DNA from: Promethearchaeati archaeon
GTDB lineage: Archaea > Asgardarchaeota > Heimdallarchaeia > Heimdallarchaeales > Heimdallarchaeaceae
Assembly (NCBI GenBank): GCA_013166775.1
Contig: JABLTJ010000005.1
Location: 139 to 64,138, forward strand
Reading direction: 5' to 3'
Length of the DNA: 64,000 nt
Below, in pieces: positions 39,549 to 49,240 of this stretch. The translations under genes were made by a program, and so were the position numbers. Each line of letters begins with the position of its first letter. Within the stretch, counting starts at the first letter, position 1. The notes beneath the pieces are model-generated. The model saw only the letters and a list, made by a program, of their open reading frames with translations. It made no database searches and had not been told where the DNA came from.

Positions 39549-39600
39549 TGAGGTCTAAAATACAACAAACTTTTTTATTTCTTCTTTCTTTCTGAATCCT

Positions 39601-40170
39601 ATGGGTGAAGAAAAGAATTATTTTGTACATCCTTCTGCATTTGTTGAAGATAATGTAACTATTGGAACTGATACTAAAATCTGGCATCAAGTTCAAGTAA
39701 GGACCGGTGCAAAAATAGGAAGCAATTGCATATTTGGAAAATCAGTCTTCATTGATACTAATGTTACTATTGGGGATAATGTGAAGATTCAAAACCTTGT
39801 TTCTGTTTATCAAGGCGTTACTATTGAAGATGATGTTTTTGTTGGACCACATGTTTGCTTTACTAATGATCTTCTACCTAGAGCGACATCCCCCGAATGG
39901 ACAATAATTAAAACATTAGTGAAAAAAGGTGCTTCAATTGGTGCCAATTCTACAATAATCTGTGGTATAACAATAGGTGAATACTCCATGATTGGAGCTG
40001 GAAGTTTAGTCTCTAGAGATGTTCAACCCTTTACTTTAGTTTTTGGCAACCCAGCAAAGTTGCGAGGGTATGCATGCTTCTGTGGGGAAATTCTTAGAAA
40101 GACAGATGAACCTCTTCCAGCTGGTACAATTCTTCATTGTAGTGAATGTAAACGTGATGTGATGCTGTAA
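39601..40170 (+). CDS. hexapeptide-repeat N-acetyltransferase, WbpD/WlbB-like
   Basis: 189 aa. FVHPSAFVEDNVTIGTDTKIWHQVQVRTGAKIG...KIQNLVSVYQGVTIEDDVFVGP...GANSTIICGITIGEY is colinear with WbpD-type UDP-2-acetamido-3-amino-2,3-dideoxy-glucuronate acetyltransferases (from memory). It has an extra C-terminal CFCG...CSEC ribbon. Confidence 0.75.
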   Translation: MGEEKNYFVHPSAFVEDNVTIGTDTKIWHQVQVRTGAKIGSNCIFGKSVFIDTNVTIGDNVKIQNLVSVYQGVTIEDDVFVGPHVCFTNDLLPRATSPEWTIIKTLVKKGASIGANSTIICGITIGEYSMIGAGSLVSRDVQPFTLVFGNPAKLRGYACFCGEILRKTDEPLPAGTILHCSECKRDVML

Positions 40171-40390
40171 TCATTGAAACGCTTTATTCAATAAGAAAAC
40201 CTTGTTTTTTTTAATCAGCTATTGAACCAAATTTTTGATTAGCTAATTTTCTGTGGATATCCTTTTATAGAATATCTATATGGGGGTACATCACATACAG
40301 CTCGAAGCGACAGTGTTACAAAAATATAAATGTCATAACTGACAAAATAGAAAATGATTCGCTAAAGATAATGTGATTTGGGGTGATCAA

Positions 40391-40600
40391 ATGAATCTAA
40401 TATCGATTAGACTTCCAAGTGAGTTCGTAGAAATTCTTGATGAAATGGTTCTGCAGGGAAAATATGCTTCAAGATCAGAAGCAATAAGACTAGCTTTACG
40501 TGATTTTTATAGAGAGCATTATGCTTCAAAACAATCAACAGATTTCCGATTTCCTAATATGGAATTCGCTTACAAGAATGTGATTTTTGAAGACGATTAA
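40391..40600 (+). CDS. ribbon-helix-helix (CopG/NikR-N-like) DNA-binding protein
   Basis: ISIRLPSEFVEILDEMVLQGKYASRSEAIRLALRDF is a canonical RHH. GGTGAT lies just upstream of ATG 40391. The ORF track begins at GTG 40373. Confidence 0.65.
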   Translation: MNLISIRLPSEFVEILDEMVLQGKYASRSEAIRLALRDFYREHYASKQSTDFRFPNMEFAYKNVIFEDD

Positions 40601-40725
40601 GCTATATTTCTTTACTAGATACCTTGCTGGATAACTTGATATAACGCTAGATTTAACAAAGGGAGAAAGAGAAGAATATTAAACTAGTCGTAAACAATTC
40701 TTTCAAAATAATTTAGAGTAATTAG

Positions 40726-41793
40726 GTGAGTGATTTGGTAGATGGTGAAGAAAAAGAAACTACTCAGAAGAGCCTTACGTCTACAAATGATGAAATTACT
40801 CAAGATGAAAAATCACAAAACTTCTTCAATAGACTAAATTTGAGGTATTCAAATTTCAAACAAAGAACTTCAAATAAATTAGATCCTATAGCTGAAAAGT
40901 TTTCACCTCTTACTTCTTTTCTCAAAAAAAGATATTTACGATATGCAATATCGTCAATATTAGTAGCTTTTGTGATTTATTTTTATGTAATGTACGAAAT
41001 ATCTAGAGGAGCAGAGACGGTGAAGATACTGTTCCGTGATACTAATACTAACCATCTTGTACCCCTTGGATTAGTTTTAGCTTTCATAGCAGTTTTGTAT
41101 GTGACTTGGGATGATAACATATTCAAAAAGTACAGAAAACCTGGTTTATATGTGGTACTTCTAACAACTATCTTCTACGTTCTAATTTTTTCAGGTATTG
41201 ATACATATCTCTTTGAATTATCAATTGCAAAGTGGTTAACTAGGTTAACAGGATTAATTGTTCCCTATACCCTCCGTTTTTTTGGTTTAAATGTTACTAG
41301 TATAGAGTGGAACGAGGCTCGAATTAATACTTTTATAGGTTTAGGAGAGCCAAGTAAAACCCCTGGTCTCTTAATTGATCCAAGATGTAGTGGGATACAT
41401 TCTATGACAATTTTCATTTTCATTTTTCTGCTAATGCTATTTGAAGCAAGAAAAAAGATACATTGGAATCACAAAGCAGTTGGAGTAACCATAATTGGAA
41501 TCCTAGGGACCTATCTAATGAATTTCCTAAGAATCACAATAGTTATGCTCACCTTCTACTATGGAGGAACCAATTTAGGAGAATCAGTACATAATGTTCT
41601 AGGATATGTACTTCTAGTTATATGGCTTCCAATCTTCTGGTTGTTTATTCTACCTTTAGCTGAAAAAGGGAGAATATTCAGAAAGAAGAAAGCTAAGGAA
41701 ATGGAAGCAAGTAGAGACGATATTACAAAAATAGGCGAAAGTGAGGAAAAAGCCCAATCAGAAAATTCAGAGAAAGATCACCTATCCAATTAG
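40726..41793 (+). CDS. archaeosortase/exosortase-family transpeptidase
   Basis: 355 aa (GTG start) with about 8 TM helices. The conserved Cys lies in LIDPRCSGIHS (about 41386), the Arg in MNFLRITIV (about 41530) and a downstream His in ESVHNVLGY. The termini are hydrophilic. Confidence 0.65.
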   Translation: MSDLVDGEEKETTQKSLTSTNDEITQDEKSQNFFNRLNLRYSNFKQRTSNKLDPIAEKFSPLTSFLKKRYLRYAISSILVAFVIYFYVMYEISRGAETVKILFRDTNTNHLVPLGLVLAFIAVLYVTWDDNIFKKYRKPGLYVVLLTTIFYVLIFSGIDTYLFELSIAKWLTRLTGLIVPYTLRFFGLNVTSIEWNEARINTFIGLGEPSKTPGLLIDPRCSGIHSMTIFIFIFLLMLFEARKKIHWNHKAVGVTIIGILGTYLMNFLRITIVMLTFYYGGTNLGESVHNVLGYVLLVIWLPIFWLFILPLAEKGRIFRKKKAKEMEASRDDITKIGESEEKAQSENSEKDHLSN

Positions 41794-42936
41794 CACTTTT
41801 TCATATACTTTTTGGGTGAGATTTACTGTTTCTTTCCAAGAGTATTTTTCCGCAATTTTTAGTGATTTTTCTCTTATTGTATCTAAGGTTTGTTTATTCT
41901 GATTCAGTTCAATGATTTTATCAGCGATATCTTGAATCTCTCTTGGGGCAAGAATGATGGTATCATTATGATCAAAGGTTGCTGCTTGCGGAGTAGAGAT
42001 AATTGGTACTTGACACGCTAATGCTTCCAAAAGAGTTAAATTCATGCCCTCGTGGCTGGAAGGGAGTAGAAAAACATCTAGGGAACTTAAGAAAGCATTT
42101 TTTTTCTCAATATCATAGATATATCCAAAATCTACAATATTCTCCTCAAGACTATGATTTTTTATTATCTTTCGAATATCAGTTCTAGTGTTTAAATCAT
42201 CACCTGCTAGAAGCAGTTTTACATTAGGGATGCTTTTTTTAACTTTCCTAATTATTGGGAAAAGAAGTTTAGCCCCTTTTCCTGCTGTCATTCTCCCTAG
42301 AAATCCTAAAACAAATTCGTCTTCTTTTTTAGTGTAAAGTTTCTTGCTTGTTCTATGATGAGTTGTTAAATCCACTCCATTTGGAATAACAGTAATTTTT
42401 TCTTCAGAGATTGAGTAATTTGTCATTAATTCGTTTTTTATTGTTTCACTAACTGCTATTATGTGTCTTGCTCTTTTTAATAATCTCATCTCAATTTTTT
42501 TTAGCCAAGGATACAGCAACAATACTCTTTTTTCAACCCAACTTAAAGAATGAAAAGGTTCAGATTTAGCACCTCTTCTCTCTCTACTGAAAGTTGTATG
42601 AACCGTCTCAATAATGGGATAATCATCTTTTATTCCTAAAGATGAAAGAAGATTCATATTTCCATGAACAATTTCTGGTTTGATTTTGTTTACCACAGTC
42701 GAGGATTTTCTCCAAAAATTACGAGAGTAAAACAATTTAGATGAAGATGTTGCAACAAGTTTGAGCGATATATTTTTTCCAAACTTCGATTCAGTAGAAT
42801 CTTTTTTTTCTGCAGCAATAATATGAGGTTCCCATATCTGCTCTTTCTTTAATTCACTAGCTAAATGATAACAATAAACCCAAGTAGCACCTTTCAGATA
42901 TTCTTGTGTTAACAAACAAACATTTTTCCTTTTCAT
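41782..42936 (-). CDS. GT4-family glycosyltransferase
   Basis: 384 aa with the E-x7-E region EGMNLTLLEALACQVPIIST and a GT-B layout. Confidence 0.85.
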   Translation of the reverse strand: MKRKNVCLLTQEYLKGATWVYCYHLASELKKEQIWEPHIIAAEKKDSTESKFGKNISLKLVATSSSKLFYSRNFWRKSSTVVNKIKPEIVHGNMNLLSSLGIKDDYPIIETVHTTFSRERRGAKSEPFHSLSWVEKRVLLLYPWLKKIEMRLLKRARHIIAVSETIKNELMTNYSISEEKITVIPNGVDLTTHHRTSKKLYTKKEDEFVLGFLGRMTAGKGAKLLFPIIRKVKKSIPNVKLLLAGDDLNTRTDIRKIIKNHSLEENIVDFGYIYDIEKKNAFLSSLDVFLLPSSHEGMNLTLLEALACQVPIISTPQAATFDHNDTIILAPREIQDIADKIIELNQNKQTLDTIREKSLKIAEKYSWKETVNLTQKVYEKVLIG

Positions 42937-43832
42937 TTTTTTACATCACCAAATAATTGATCATATTCAATAACAGGAAAATCTGTTTGAGTTTGAATAA
43001 ATTCACTGTGAGTTAAAGTTTGCATATCTAGCTTGATTGCTAAATTAACAATTTCCTTTAGTAGATTATTGAGCTTTATTGGTTCATATATTGAATGAAC
43101 ATATAAGCAGATGTATTTTTTTCCTAAATCTACACATTCCTCAAATCGTTTTCTATACTCTTTTTTTATCTGATTTAGCGTTTTTCCTTGAAGGATGAAT
43201 TCTTCGATAGATGTCTCAGTTACAGGTAGTTGAGGAATTTGGAAAGATTTCTTTTGATTTCCTCTACCTTTGAATTGAAGATTAATGGGAATAGGATGAT
43301 ATAGATCGGAACTAAAACTAAAATTTTCTTCCTTTAGCAAGTGAAAATAATGTTTGTTTATCTGAAAATTCGGTGCAGCATTAGCTATGGGTCTCCGACT
43401 AAAGATTTTTGTGTACTCTTCTATTAGTGATTCTACATTTTCTTTTGTTTTCTCATAACTTAATCCACTAAAAGATTTGGACCATTTCACGTGATTGTAC
43501 CCATGAGGATGAAATTCAATTAATTTTTCAGTGTTATATTCCTGAAGTTTCCTTATTTCATTCTCTTTTATTCCTCTAGGTGGTAATAACAAACCTCGAA
43601 CAATGCTTTTAGGATGATTTCTTTTCCATAGAGGTATTCTTTTTTCCGTTATCTCTTTATTTTTAATTATGCGAAAAAGATTTCTTCCAGTGGCATACTT
43701 CCCCAAACTAAGATAAATTGTTACAGAACATTCTAGTTTTAAAGCAAAATCAACCACTTTAGGGATTCCTAATTTTAAACCTTCAAATGTATCAACATCG
43801 ACCCTAAGACAGAAGTTTGTTTCGGTGGTCAT
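42933..43832 (-). CDS. polysaccharide deacetylase (NodB/ArnD-like)
   Basis: 299 aa. The N-terminal CLRVDVDT and the later HPHGYNH resemble ArnD-type deformylase/deacetylase metal sites. It overlaps the downstream GT4 gene by 4 nt. Confidence 0.6.
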   Translation of the reverse strand: MTTETNFCLRVDVDTFEGLKLGIPKVVDFALKLECSVTIYLSLGKYATGRNLFRIIKNKEITEKRIPLWKRNHPKSIVRGLLLPPRGIKENEIRKLQEYNTEKLIEFHPHGYNHVKWSKSFSGLSYEKTKENVESLIEEYTKIFSRRPIANAAPNFQINKHYFHLLKEENFSFSSDLYHPIPINLQFKGRGNQKKSFQIPQLPVTETSIEEFILQGKTLNQIKKEYRKRFEECVDLGKKYICLYVHSIYEPIKLNNLLKEIVNLAIKLDMQTLTHSEFIQTQTDFPVIEYDQLFGDVKK

Positions 43833-43857
43833 TTATTTCGATTCTCTTTGTTTGGAT

Positions 43858-45078
43858 TTATTTCTTCTTTTCTAATGTCTTATAATATATCTGTTCAATT
43901 TCTTTAGCTTTCTTCTCCCAAGTATAGTTTTGTTTAATTTCCTCATAACCTAATGAGGCTAATTCCTCTGCTTTTTGCTCAGATTTCAATAGGTTCAGAA
44001 TTGCATCTGCTATACCCTCGTTTTCTTTTGCAGGCACTAAGACGCAATTTTTACCATTGTTAGTTATCTCTCTTATTCCAGGAATATCTGATGCAACTAC
44101 TGGTTTATTCATAGCCATCGCTTCAAGGACGCTAATGCTTGAAGCTTCTACGATGCTAGGAACAACGACAATATCAGCTACTGCTAAATATGCAGGTACT
44201 TCTTTGTTTGCTACCATACCTATAAAGTGAACATTCTTTACAATCCCCAATTCGTTTATTTCCTTGGTAATTCGTGCTTTCTCTGGTCCATCTCCAATAA
44301 TAATTAATTTTGCTTTTGGGAATTTTTCAACAACTTTCTTGAAAGCTTTCACCAAGTACAACACACCGTTTTTAACAACTAATCGTCTAGTTGTCATAAC
44401 TATAGGTCCTTCTTCCTCTTTCAAGAGTAAATTTGGCTTAATGTTTGGTGAGAATATATCTGTATCCACACCATTTAAAACAGTATTAATTTTTGCTTTT
44501 GCTTTTACATTACACCAATTTTTTACGGTTTCTGCAAAATCATAATCTGTGTGGATTTGGTAATGGCATCTTTTAGCGAGATATGGTGCCAATCTCTTTT
44601 CCATTTGTCTATAAAATAATACAGTTAGAGGATTTTTTACTAATTGTTTCCAATATTTGTAATATGATCCATGAATGGTGTTAATTACTTTGGACTGTCT
44701 TACTTTTCCTAAGGACAAAGCTGTTAATCCAGCAGAGTAGACGTGACCATGAATGATGTCATACTTCTCATTTTCTAGTATCTTGTTTTTTTGTGTTAAT
44801 TTTGTTTTTAAGAGAAAGAAGAGCTGTCTTGTAAAATTCAACTGTTGCGGATTATATGATCGTTTTATTAATGATAAGAAGTCAAGTCTTTTGTAATTAA
44901 CTCCTTCAATAGATATTTTTTCTCTACAATTTGGTATTGCTCCAGTGAAATACGTTACTTTATGTCCCAATTTGACTAGTTCTTTTGATATACTATATGC
45001 GTGAAGCTCTACTCCTCCACCAATGCTTCCGGAGTCATCAGGTCCTAGCTCAAACAACATTGCGATATTTAATGTCAT
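43858..45078 (-). CDS. GT4-family glycosyltransferase
   Basis: 406 aa. Motifs: GGVELHAYSISKEL and EASSISVLEAMAMNKPVVASD. Confidence 0.85.
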   Translation of the reverse strand: MTLNIAMLFELGPDDSGSIGGGVELHAYSISKELVKLGHKVTYFTGAIPNCREKISIEGVNYKRLDFLSLIKRSYNPQQLNFTRQLFFLLKTKLTQKNKILENEKYDIIHGHVYSAGLTALSLGKVRQSKVINTIHGSYYKYWKQLVKNPLTVLFYRQMEKRLAPYLAKRCHYQIHTDYDFAETVKNWCNVKAKAKINTVLNGVDTDIFSPNIKPNLLLKEEEGPIVMTTRRLVVKNGVLYLVKAFKKVVEKFPKAKLIIIGDGPEKARITKEINELGIVKNVHFIGMVANKEVPAYLAVADIVVVPSIVEASSISVLEAMAMNKPVVASDIPGIREITNNGKNCVLVPAKENEGIADAILNLLKSEQKAEELASLGYEEIKQNYTWEKKAKEIEQIYYKTLEKKK

Positions 45079-46082
45079 TTATTTCCCTTCTGTACCTTAG
45101 GTAAGAATATTTCTTGGATTATCCCTAAACTCCAACAAATATGCCCCTCAAAAAACATAATTGGTAGTAGATAAAGGAATTTCCATTTTTTGTAGCGTAT
45201 AGATTGAATTAGGGATGTAAGTAAAATTGTGAGTAGATAAAATCCAAAATATCCTGCTATACCCAATCCAACCCAGTAATTTGCTAATAAAGCTAAAATG
45301 AAGAAAATTCCTGTGATAAAATATAACGGAGGTAGCACGTGTCCAAAATCTAATCCTGCATTATGAGCTCTAAAAAACTGTATTTTACCTCTAGCATATT
45401 TCTTCGCTTTATTTCTATAAGCTTTATGCGTTTGAGGGCGCTGATGATACACTATTGCATTTGGTTCAAAATAGATTGAGTACCCCTTTTGAATCAGTTT
45501 ATAATTGATTTCTGTATCTTCAGCTGTGATTAGATTTTCATTGAAAGGCATTACTTCTTCAAGATAAACACGCTTATAGGCTGCATTGCAACCAGCGGCA
45601 CTTTGGACATACCTATTTTCTTTGTTAAATATACTCTTTATGTGCTCTGTCCAATTACCTCCAATAAATGTATTGTACACCGCACTTACTGCTTTCCCAA
45701 AATCCGTTTCATTTGGATACTCTATGTTAGGTCCAGTAGTGCACACAACTTCTCGTCCATGATCTTCATCAAAAGCTACTATCAAATTCTCGAGCCAATC
45801 TTCTTTTGCTATTGCGTCAGCATCAATGAAAACAATATAGTCCCCCTTAGCTTCTGGAACACCAACATTACAAGCTGCAGCTCTAGATCCTCCTTCTTCA
45901 TAGAGTATTTTACACTCAAATTTCTTTGCAATATCGATAGTTGAATCTTTAGAGTGACCATCGACAATAATTATCTCTTCTGGAGATTGTGTCTGTTTCA
46001 CCAATGATTCTAAACAATCTTCGATTGTTGAACTGCTATTATAAGTTGGAATAACTATAGAGACGGAATTCATACCAATCAT
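45075..46082 (-). CDS. GT2-family glycosyltransferase with C-terminal TM helices
   Basis: 335 aa. VSIVIPTYNSSSTIEDCLESL and IVFIDADA (DxD) are followed by hydrophobic C-terminal helices. Confidence 0.85.
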   Translation of the reverse strand: MIGMNSVSIVIPTYNSSSTIEDCLESLVKQTQSPEEIIIVDGHSKDSTIDIAKKFECKILYEEGGSRAAACNVGVPEAKGDYIVFIDADAIAKEDWLENLIVAFDEDHGREVVCTTGPNIEYPNETDFGKAVSAVYNTFIGGNWTEHIKSIFNKENRYVQSAAGCNAAYKRVYLEEVMPFNENLITAEDTEINYKLIQKGYSIYFEPNAIVYHQRPQTHKAYRNKAKKYARGKIQFFRAHNAGLDFGHVLPPLYFITGIFFILALLANYWVGLGIAGYFGFYLLTILLTSLIQSIRYKKWKFLYLLPIMFFEGHICWSLGIIQEIFLPKVQKGNK

Positions 46083-46087
46083 TCACA

Positions 46088-46597
46088 CTAATTTATTGTT
46101 ATAATCTCTTCCTTCATAAAATGTTTCTTCTTATATCCACCTGACTCATACATAGCAGTTTGATATTCAAAAACAATCTGGGGTTCTTTCTCTAAATAAT
46201 CCTCAATTATTTTTCTAGCTTCTTCCAATAACGTTTCCAAACTGACTTCTTGTGTTAATGGACAATACCAAACCAACCATTCGATTTTATAAGAACCAAC
46301 CTTGTTCTCTTTGATTTTTAGAAAAATAGGAAAGAGTTTGCAATCAAGTGGTCTATTCTCATAAATGCTGCAGAGATTTCTTTCTGTTAAGAAATAACAA
46401 TCTCTTGATTCTTTTTTCTTTTCCACAATATGAACTATCTTTTCCGATTCCTCTATTTTCCTTATCCAATTATCATCAGAAATCTGTTTATTTATTCTTG
46501 AAATATCCTCTGATGTTAAGGCTGGTGGAGTGCTTCTGCAACACTTACTCTCACATCTTTCAGCACAAATTAACAATCTCTGACTTTTTTTTGTCAT
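46088..46597 (-). CDS. YkgJ/UPF0153-like cysteine-cluster protein
   Basis: 169 aa. The N-terminal CAERCESKCC cluster plus later CYF, CSIY and CKLF resemble the putative Zn/Fe-chelating CxxCxxCC family. Confidence 0.5.
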   Translation of the reverse strand: MTKKSQRLLICAERCESKCCRSTPPALTSEDISRINKQISDDNWIRKIEESEKIVHIVEKKKESRDCYFLTERNLCSIYENRPLDCKLFPIFLKIKENKVGSYKIEWLVWYCPLTQEVSLETLLEEARKIIEDYLEKEPQIVFEYQTAMYESGGYKKKHFMKEEIITIN

Positions 46598-46651
46598 ATT
46601 GTTGGTTCATCTCTTTTCTTTTCAAGGAATACGAACTAGTTGAAATGTCAG

Positions 46652-47926
46652 CTAGAAAGCTTCTTCAACCATTTTCTCAAGATTATCTGCTGGTTTGATC
46701 AGCTTTAATTCTTCTTCTTTGTTTAATTCATACACAGCTGGTCTAGGGTATCCGAATTGTTCACTCATTGATAGTGTATATGCACCACAATTCAAAATTA
46801 TCAATATATCTTCTTCTTCCAATTTGAAATTCACAGCTTCATTCGAAATAACATCAACTGGTAAACAGAGAGGTCCTCCTAGATTACAATATTGGTCTTT
46901 ACCTTTGTCATTAACAGGGAGTGCTTTATAGTGTGAATATCTCATTGGAATAAGAGAATTTGCACCTATATCCGTGAAAGCCCATTTTCTTCCCCATGTT
47001 TTTTTTGTTCGTAGTATTTTAGTTAATGCCACAAAACTATCTTCAATTAAATACCGTCCGGGTTCAAAAATTATCAACTTATCTTTAACACCTTCAATAT
47101 TCATTGCAATTTGTTTACCCAGTTTCTCAAGACTAAATTCTTTATTATCTAGTGTGGATTTACTTGCCAAACCTCCACCAAGGTTAATCTGTTTTATTAC
47201 AATATTGTCTTTCTTCTCGAGATCAATAATATATTTGTTAAGAAAAGAAAGAAGTTCATCATAAAAATCATGGGAAGTTAAATTTGTTCCAACATGAACA
47301 TGGACACCAACAGGATCCAGATTTTGGTTATCTCTGGCAAATCTAAAAAACTTTAATCCTCTTGTGAAATCGACACCTAATTTACTATTTTTTCTTATTA
47401 ATAGTCGTTTTTCAGTTTCATCTTTAAATTGCGGATGAATTCTGATTGTTATCGGTTGAATTTTTTGCTCTGTTTCAGCTATTTTCGCAATTAGTTTGAG
47501 TTCATCCAATGAATCAACGTTGATATATCCCACTCCCTTAGATATAGCATATTGTAATTCCTCTGCTGTTTTAGCAGGACCGTTAAAGATTACTTTACCC
47601 CACGAATAACCAGCTCTTTCAGCTAGTTTCATTTCAAACAATGACATTACTTCAATACCTATATCTCTTGTTTTTGCAATTGAAAGTACCCTCCCAAGAT
47701 AATTTGCCTTAATTGCATATGACATAAAGATATTTGGGAGATTTTTTTGTAAAGCTTTTTCAAAGAAATCGATATTATTTAAGAATCTCGTGGGAAGAAA
47801 GATGAACATTGGTGTTGTTTTATCTTTTACAATGGCTTCTGCAAGTTGCTCTCTTATGTACAATTTCTTATTTCTATACGAAAGATAAGGATAGTTTTCA
47901 ATTAATTGATCCATTCTTTGTACCAC
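46652..47926 (-). CDS. PLP-dependent group IV decarboxylase (Orn/DAP/Arg decarboxylase family)
   Basis: 424 aa. Motifs: YAIKANY (PLP Lys), HVHVGT, NLGGGL, EPGRYL and CGAYT. The substrate cannot be assigned by eye. Confidence 0.8.
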   Translation of the reverse strand: MVQRMDQLIENYPYLSYRNKKLYIREQLAEAIVKDKTTPMFIFLPTRFLNNIDFFEKALQKNLPNIFMSYAIKANYLGRVLSIAKTRDIGIEVMSLFEMKLAERAGYSWGKVIFNGPAKTAEELQYAISKGVGYINVDSLDELKLIAKIAETEQKIQPITIRIHPQFKDETEKRLLIRKNSKLGVDFTRGLKFFRFARDNQNLDPVGVHVHVGTNLTSHDFYDELLSFLNKYIIDLEKKDNIVIKQINLGGGLASKSTLDNKEFSLEKLGKQIAMNIEGVKDKLIIFEPGRYLIEDSFVALTKILRTKKTWGRKWAFTDIGANSLIPMRYSHYKALPVNDKGKDQYCNLGGPLCLPVDVISNEAVNFKLEEEDILIILNCGAYTLSMSEQFGYPRPAVYELNKEEELKLIKPADNLEKMVEEAF

Positions 47927-48049
47927 TCTTCATTAACAACATAAATTCTCATTTAAATAATGTTATCGTTAAAATTCTGGTTAAAATAAGTAAATCTCTA
48001 GATGTCTTTATCCAGCAGATTTTTGAATAAGAATCCATGATAATCCATT
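47927..48049. promoter_or_regulatory. divergent promoter region between the decarboxylase-led and BpsA-led operons
   Basis: This is a 123-nt AT-rich spacer between divergent genes. It contains TATA-like TTTAAATA and TTAAAATAAG elements. No experimental support. Confidence 0.3.
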
Positions 48050-49228
48050 ATGGACAGAAAAAAAATCTTCAGTGAACTGTCCGACATTCAAAAAAATGTT
48101 GAGTTAAGAGAAGGCATTTTAGGATTAATACGATTATTAGGTTTAATTGAAAGGTTCCAAAGTGTTACAATGCGTAAAGTATCTCAAGAAAGCAATATAC
48201 CGGTGCCAATTTGTACTGCTGTAAGAAATGAGTTTATTAAACAAAATTGGTGTGAAAGAGATGCAAATGGAACAATAACTACCTCGTTGGGGAAAGAAGT
48301 TTTACAAATTTTAGGCGTTGTAGGTGAAAACATTACATGTTCAAAATGCTCTGGAGAAGGACTGATTTTTCCTAAAGAAAAATATCAAAAAGAACTTGAG
48401 CTGCTCACAAAGTATTGTGAAATGAGAGGAATACCTAATACATTAATTGACCAATCCTATGCTACGTCGGAAACTAGTCTCTCTCGAGTCCTTTTTATGA
48501 ACCATAATTTTGATTTAATTCATCAGAATTTCGCATTTCTAGGAGATAGTGATTTAACGAGTATTGCTTTAGGTATGTTTGCTCCATCTACTTGTAGGAT
48601 AGTAGTTTTTGACATCGACCAAAGATTGAAAGAGATTATTGATTTGGCAAACAAGCAACTTAACCTTTCCATTGAATTTGTAGAAATAGATCTTAAAAAG
48701 CCTTTACAGAATGAATTTATTAATCAATTCAATTGCATAATAACTGATCCACCTTATACTTTGAATGGAACCTCTTTGTTTGTTTCCAGGGGCATAGAGT
48801 TAATAACTTCAGATAATGAAGGGGTTATTTATCTTTCTTTCCCAACAAAAGCTCCAAATGAAATGGTGCAATTCCAGAAAAATCTATCAGAAATGAACTG
48901 TTTAATGACAGATATTATCCCGAAATTTAACAAATATATTGGTGCTCAGAAAATTGGTGGTGTTTCAACACTATTCAGATTATTAGTGGTTCCACCTGCA
49001 ATACCAAAAATAAAAGGTAGTTTTAACAAGCCGATTTATACTGGGGAAGCAAGTCCTACAATAAGATTCTATCAATGTTTAGACTGTCGAAAAACAATAA
49101 AAGTTGGACATAGAGAAAAATATCAGACTATTGAACAACTAAAAAAACAAAGCTGTCCAAATTGTAAGAGTGTAAAGTTTCGAAAAACAGATGAAAAAAA
49201 ACAGAATGATTTAAAATACAGACTTTGA
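48050..49228 (+). CDS. BpsA-like (DUF43) aminopropyltransferase-fold protein with N-terminal wHTH and C-terminal zinc ribbon
   Basis: 392 aa. IDQSYATSETSLSRV, FLGDSDLTSIAL, VVFDIDQRL, ITDPPYT and TDIIPKFNKY are colinear with branched-chain polyamine synthase BpsA/PF01861 (from memory). It carries an extra CLDC...CPNC tail. Confidence 0.65.
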   Translation: MDRKKIFSELSDIQKNVELREGILGLIRLLGLIERFQSVTMRKVSQESNIPVPICTAVRNEFIKQNWCERDANGTITTSLGKEVLQILGVVGENITCSKCSGEGLIFPKEKYQKELELLTKYCEMRGIPNTLIDQSYATSETSLSRVLFMNHNFDLIHQNFAFLGDSDLTSIALGMFAPSTCRIVVFDIDQRLKEIIDLANKQLNLSIEFVEIDLKKPLQNEFINQFNCIITDPPYTLNGTSLFVSRGIELITSDNEGVIYLSFPTKAPNEMVQFQKNLSEMNCLMTDIIPKFNKYIGAQKIGGVSTLFRLLVVPPAIPKIKGSFNKPIYTGEASPTIRFYQCLDCRKTIKVGHREKYQTIEQLKKQSCPNCKSVKFRKTDEKKQNDLKYRL

Positions 49229-49240
49229 TATTAAAGAATC

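Noticed and set aside
40276-40289. Shared ATATGGG(G)TA motif upstream of both RHH genes (second copy at about 55175-55187), considered as a possible common operator
   Set aside because: Only about 9 nt match. The copies lie at different distances from the start codons and have no dyad symmetry. The second copy also lies inside the hydrophobic micro-ORF. This is too weak to call.
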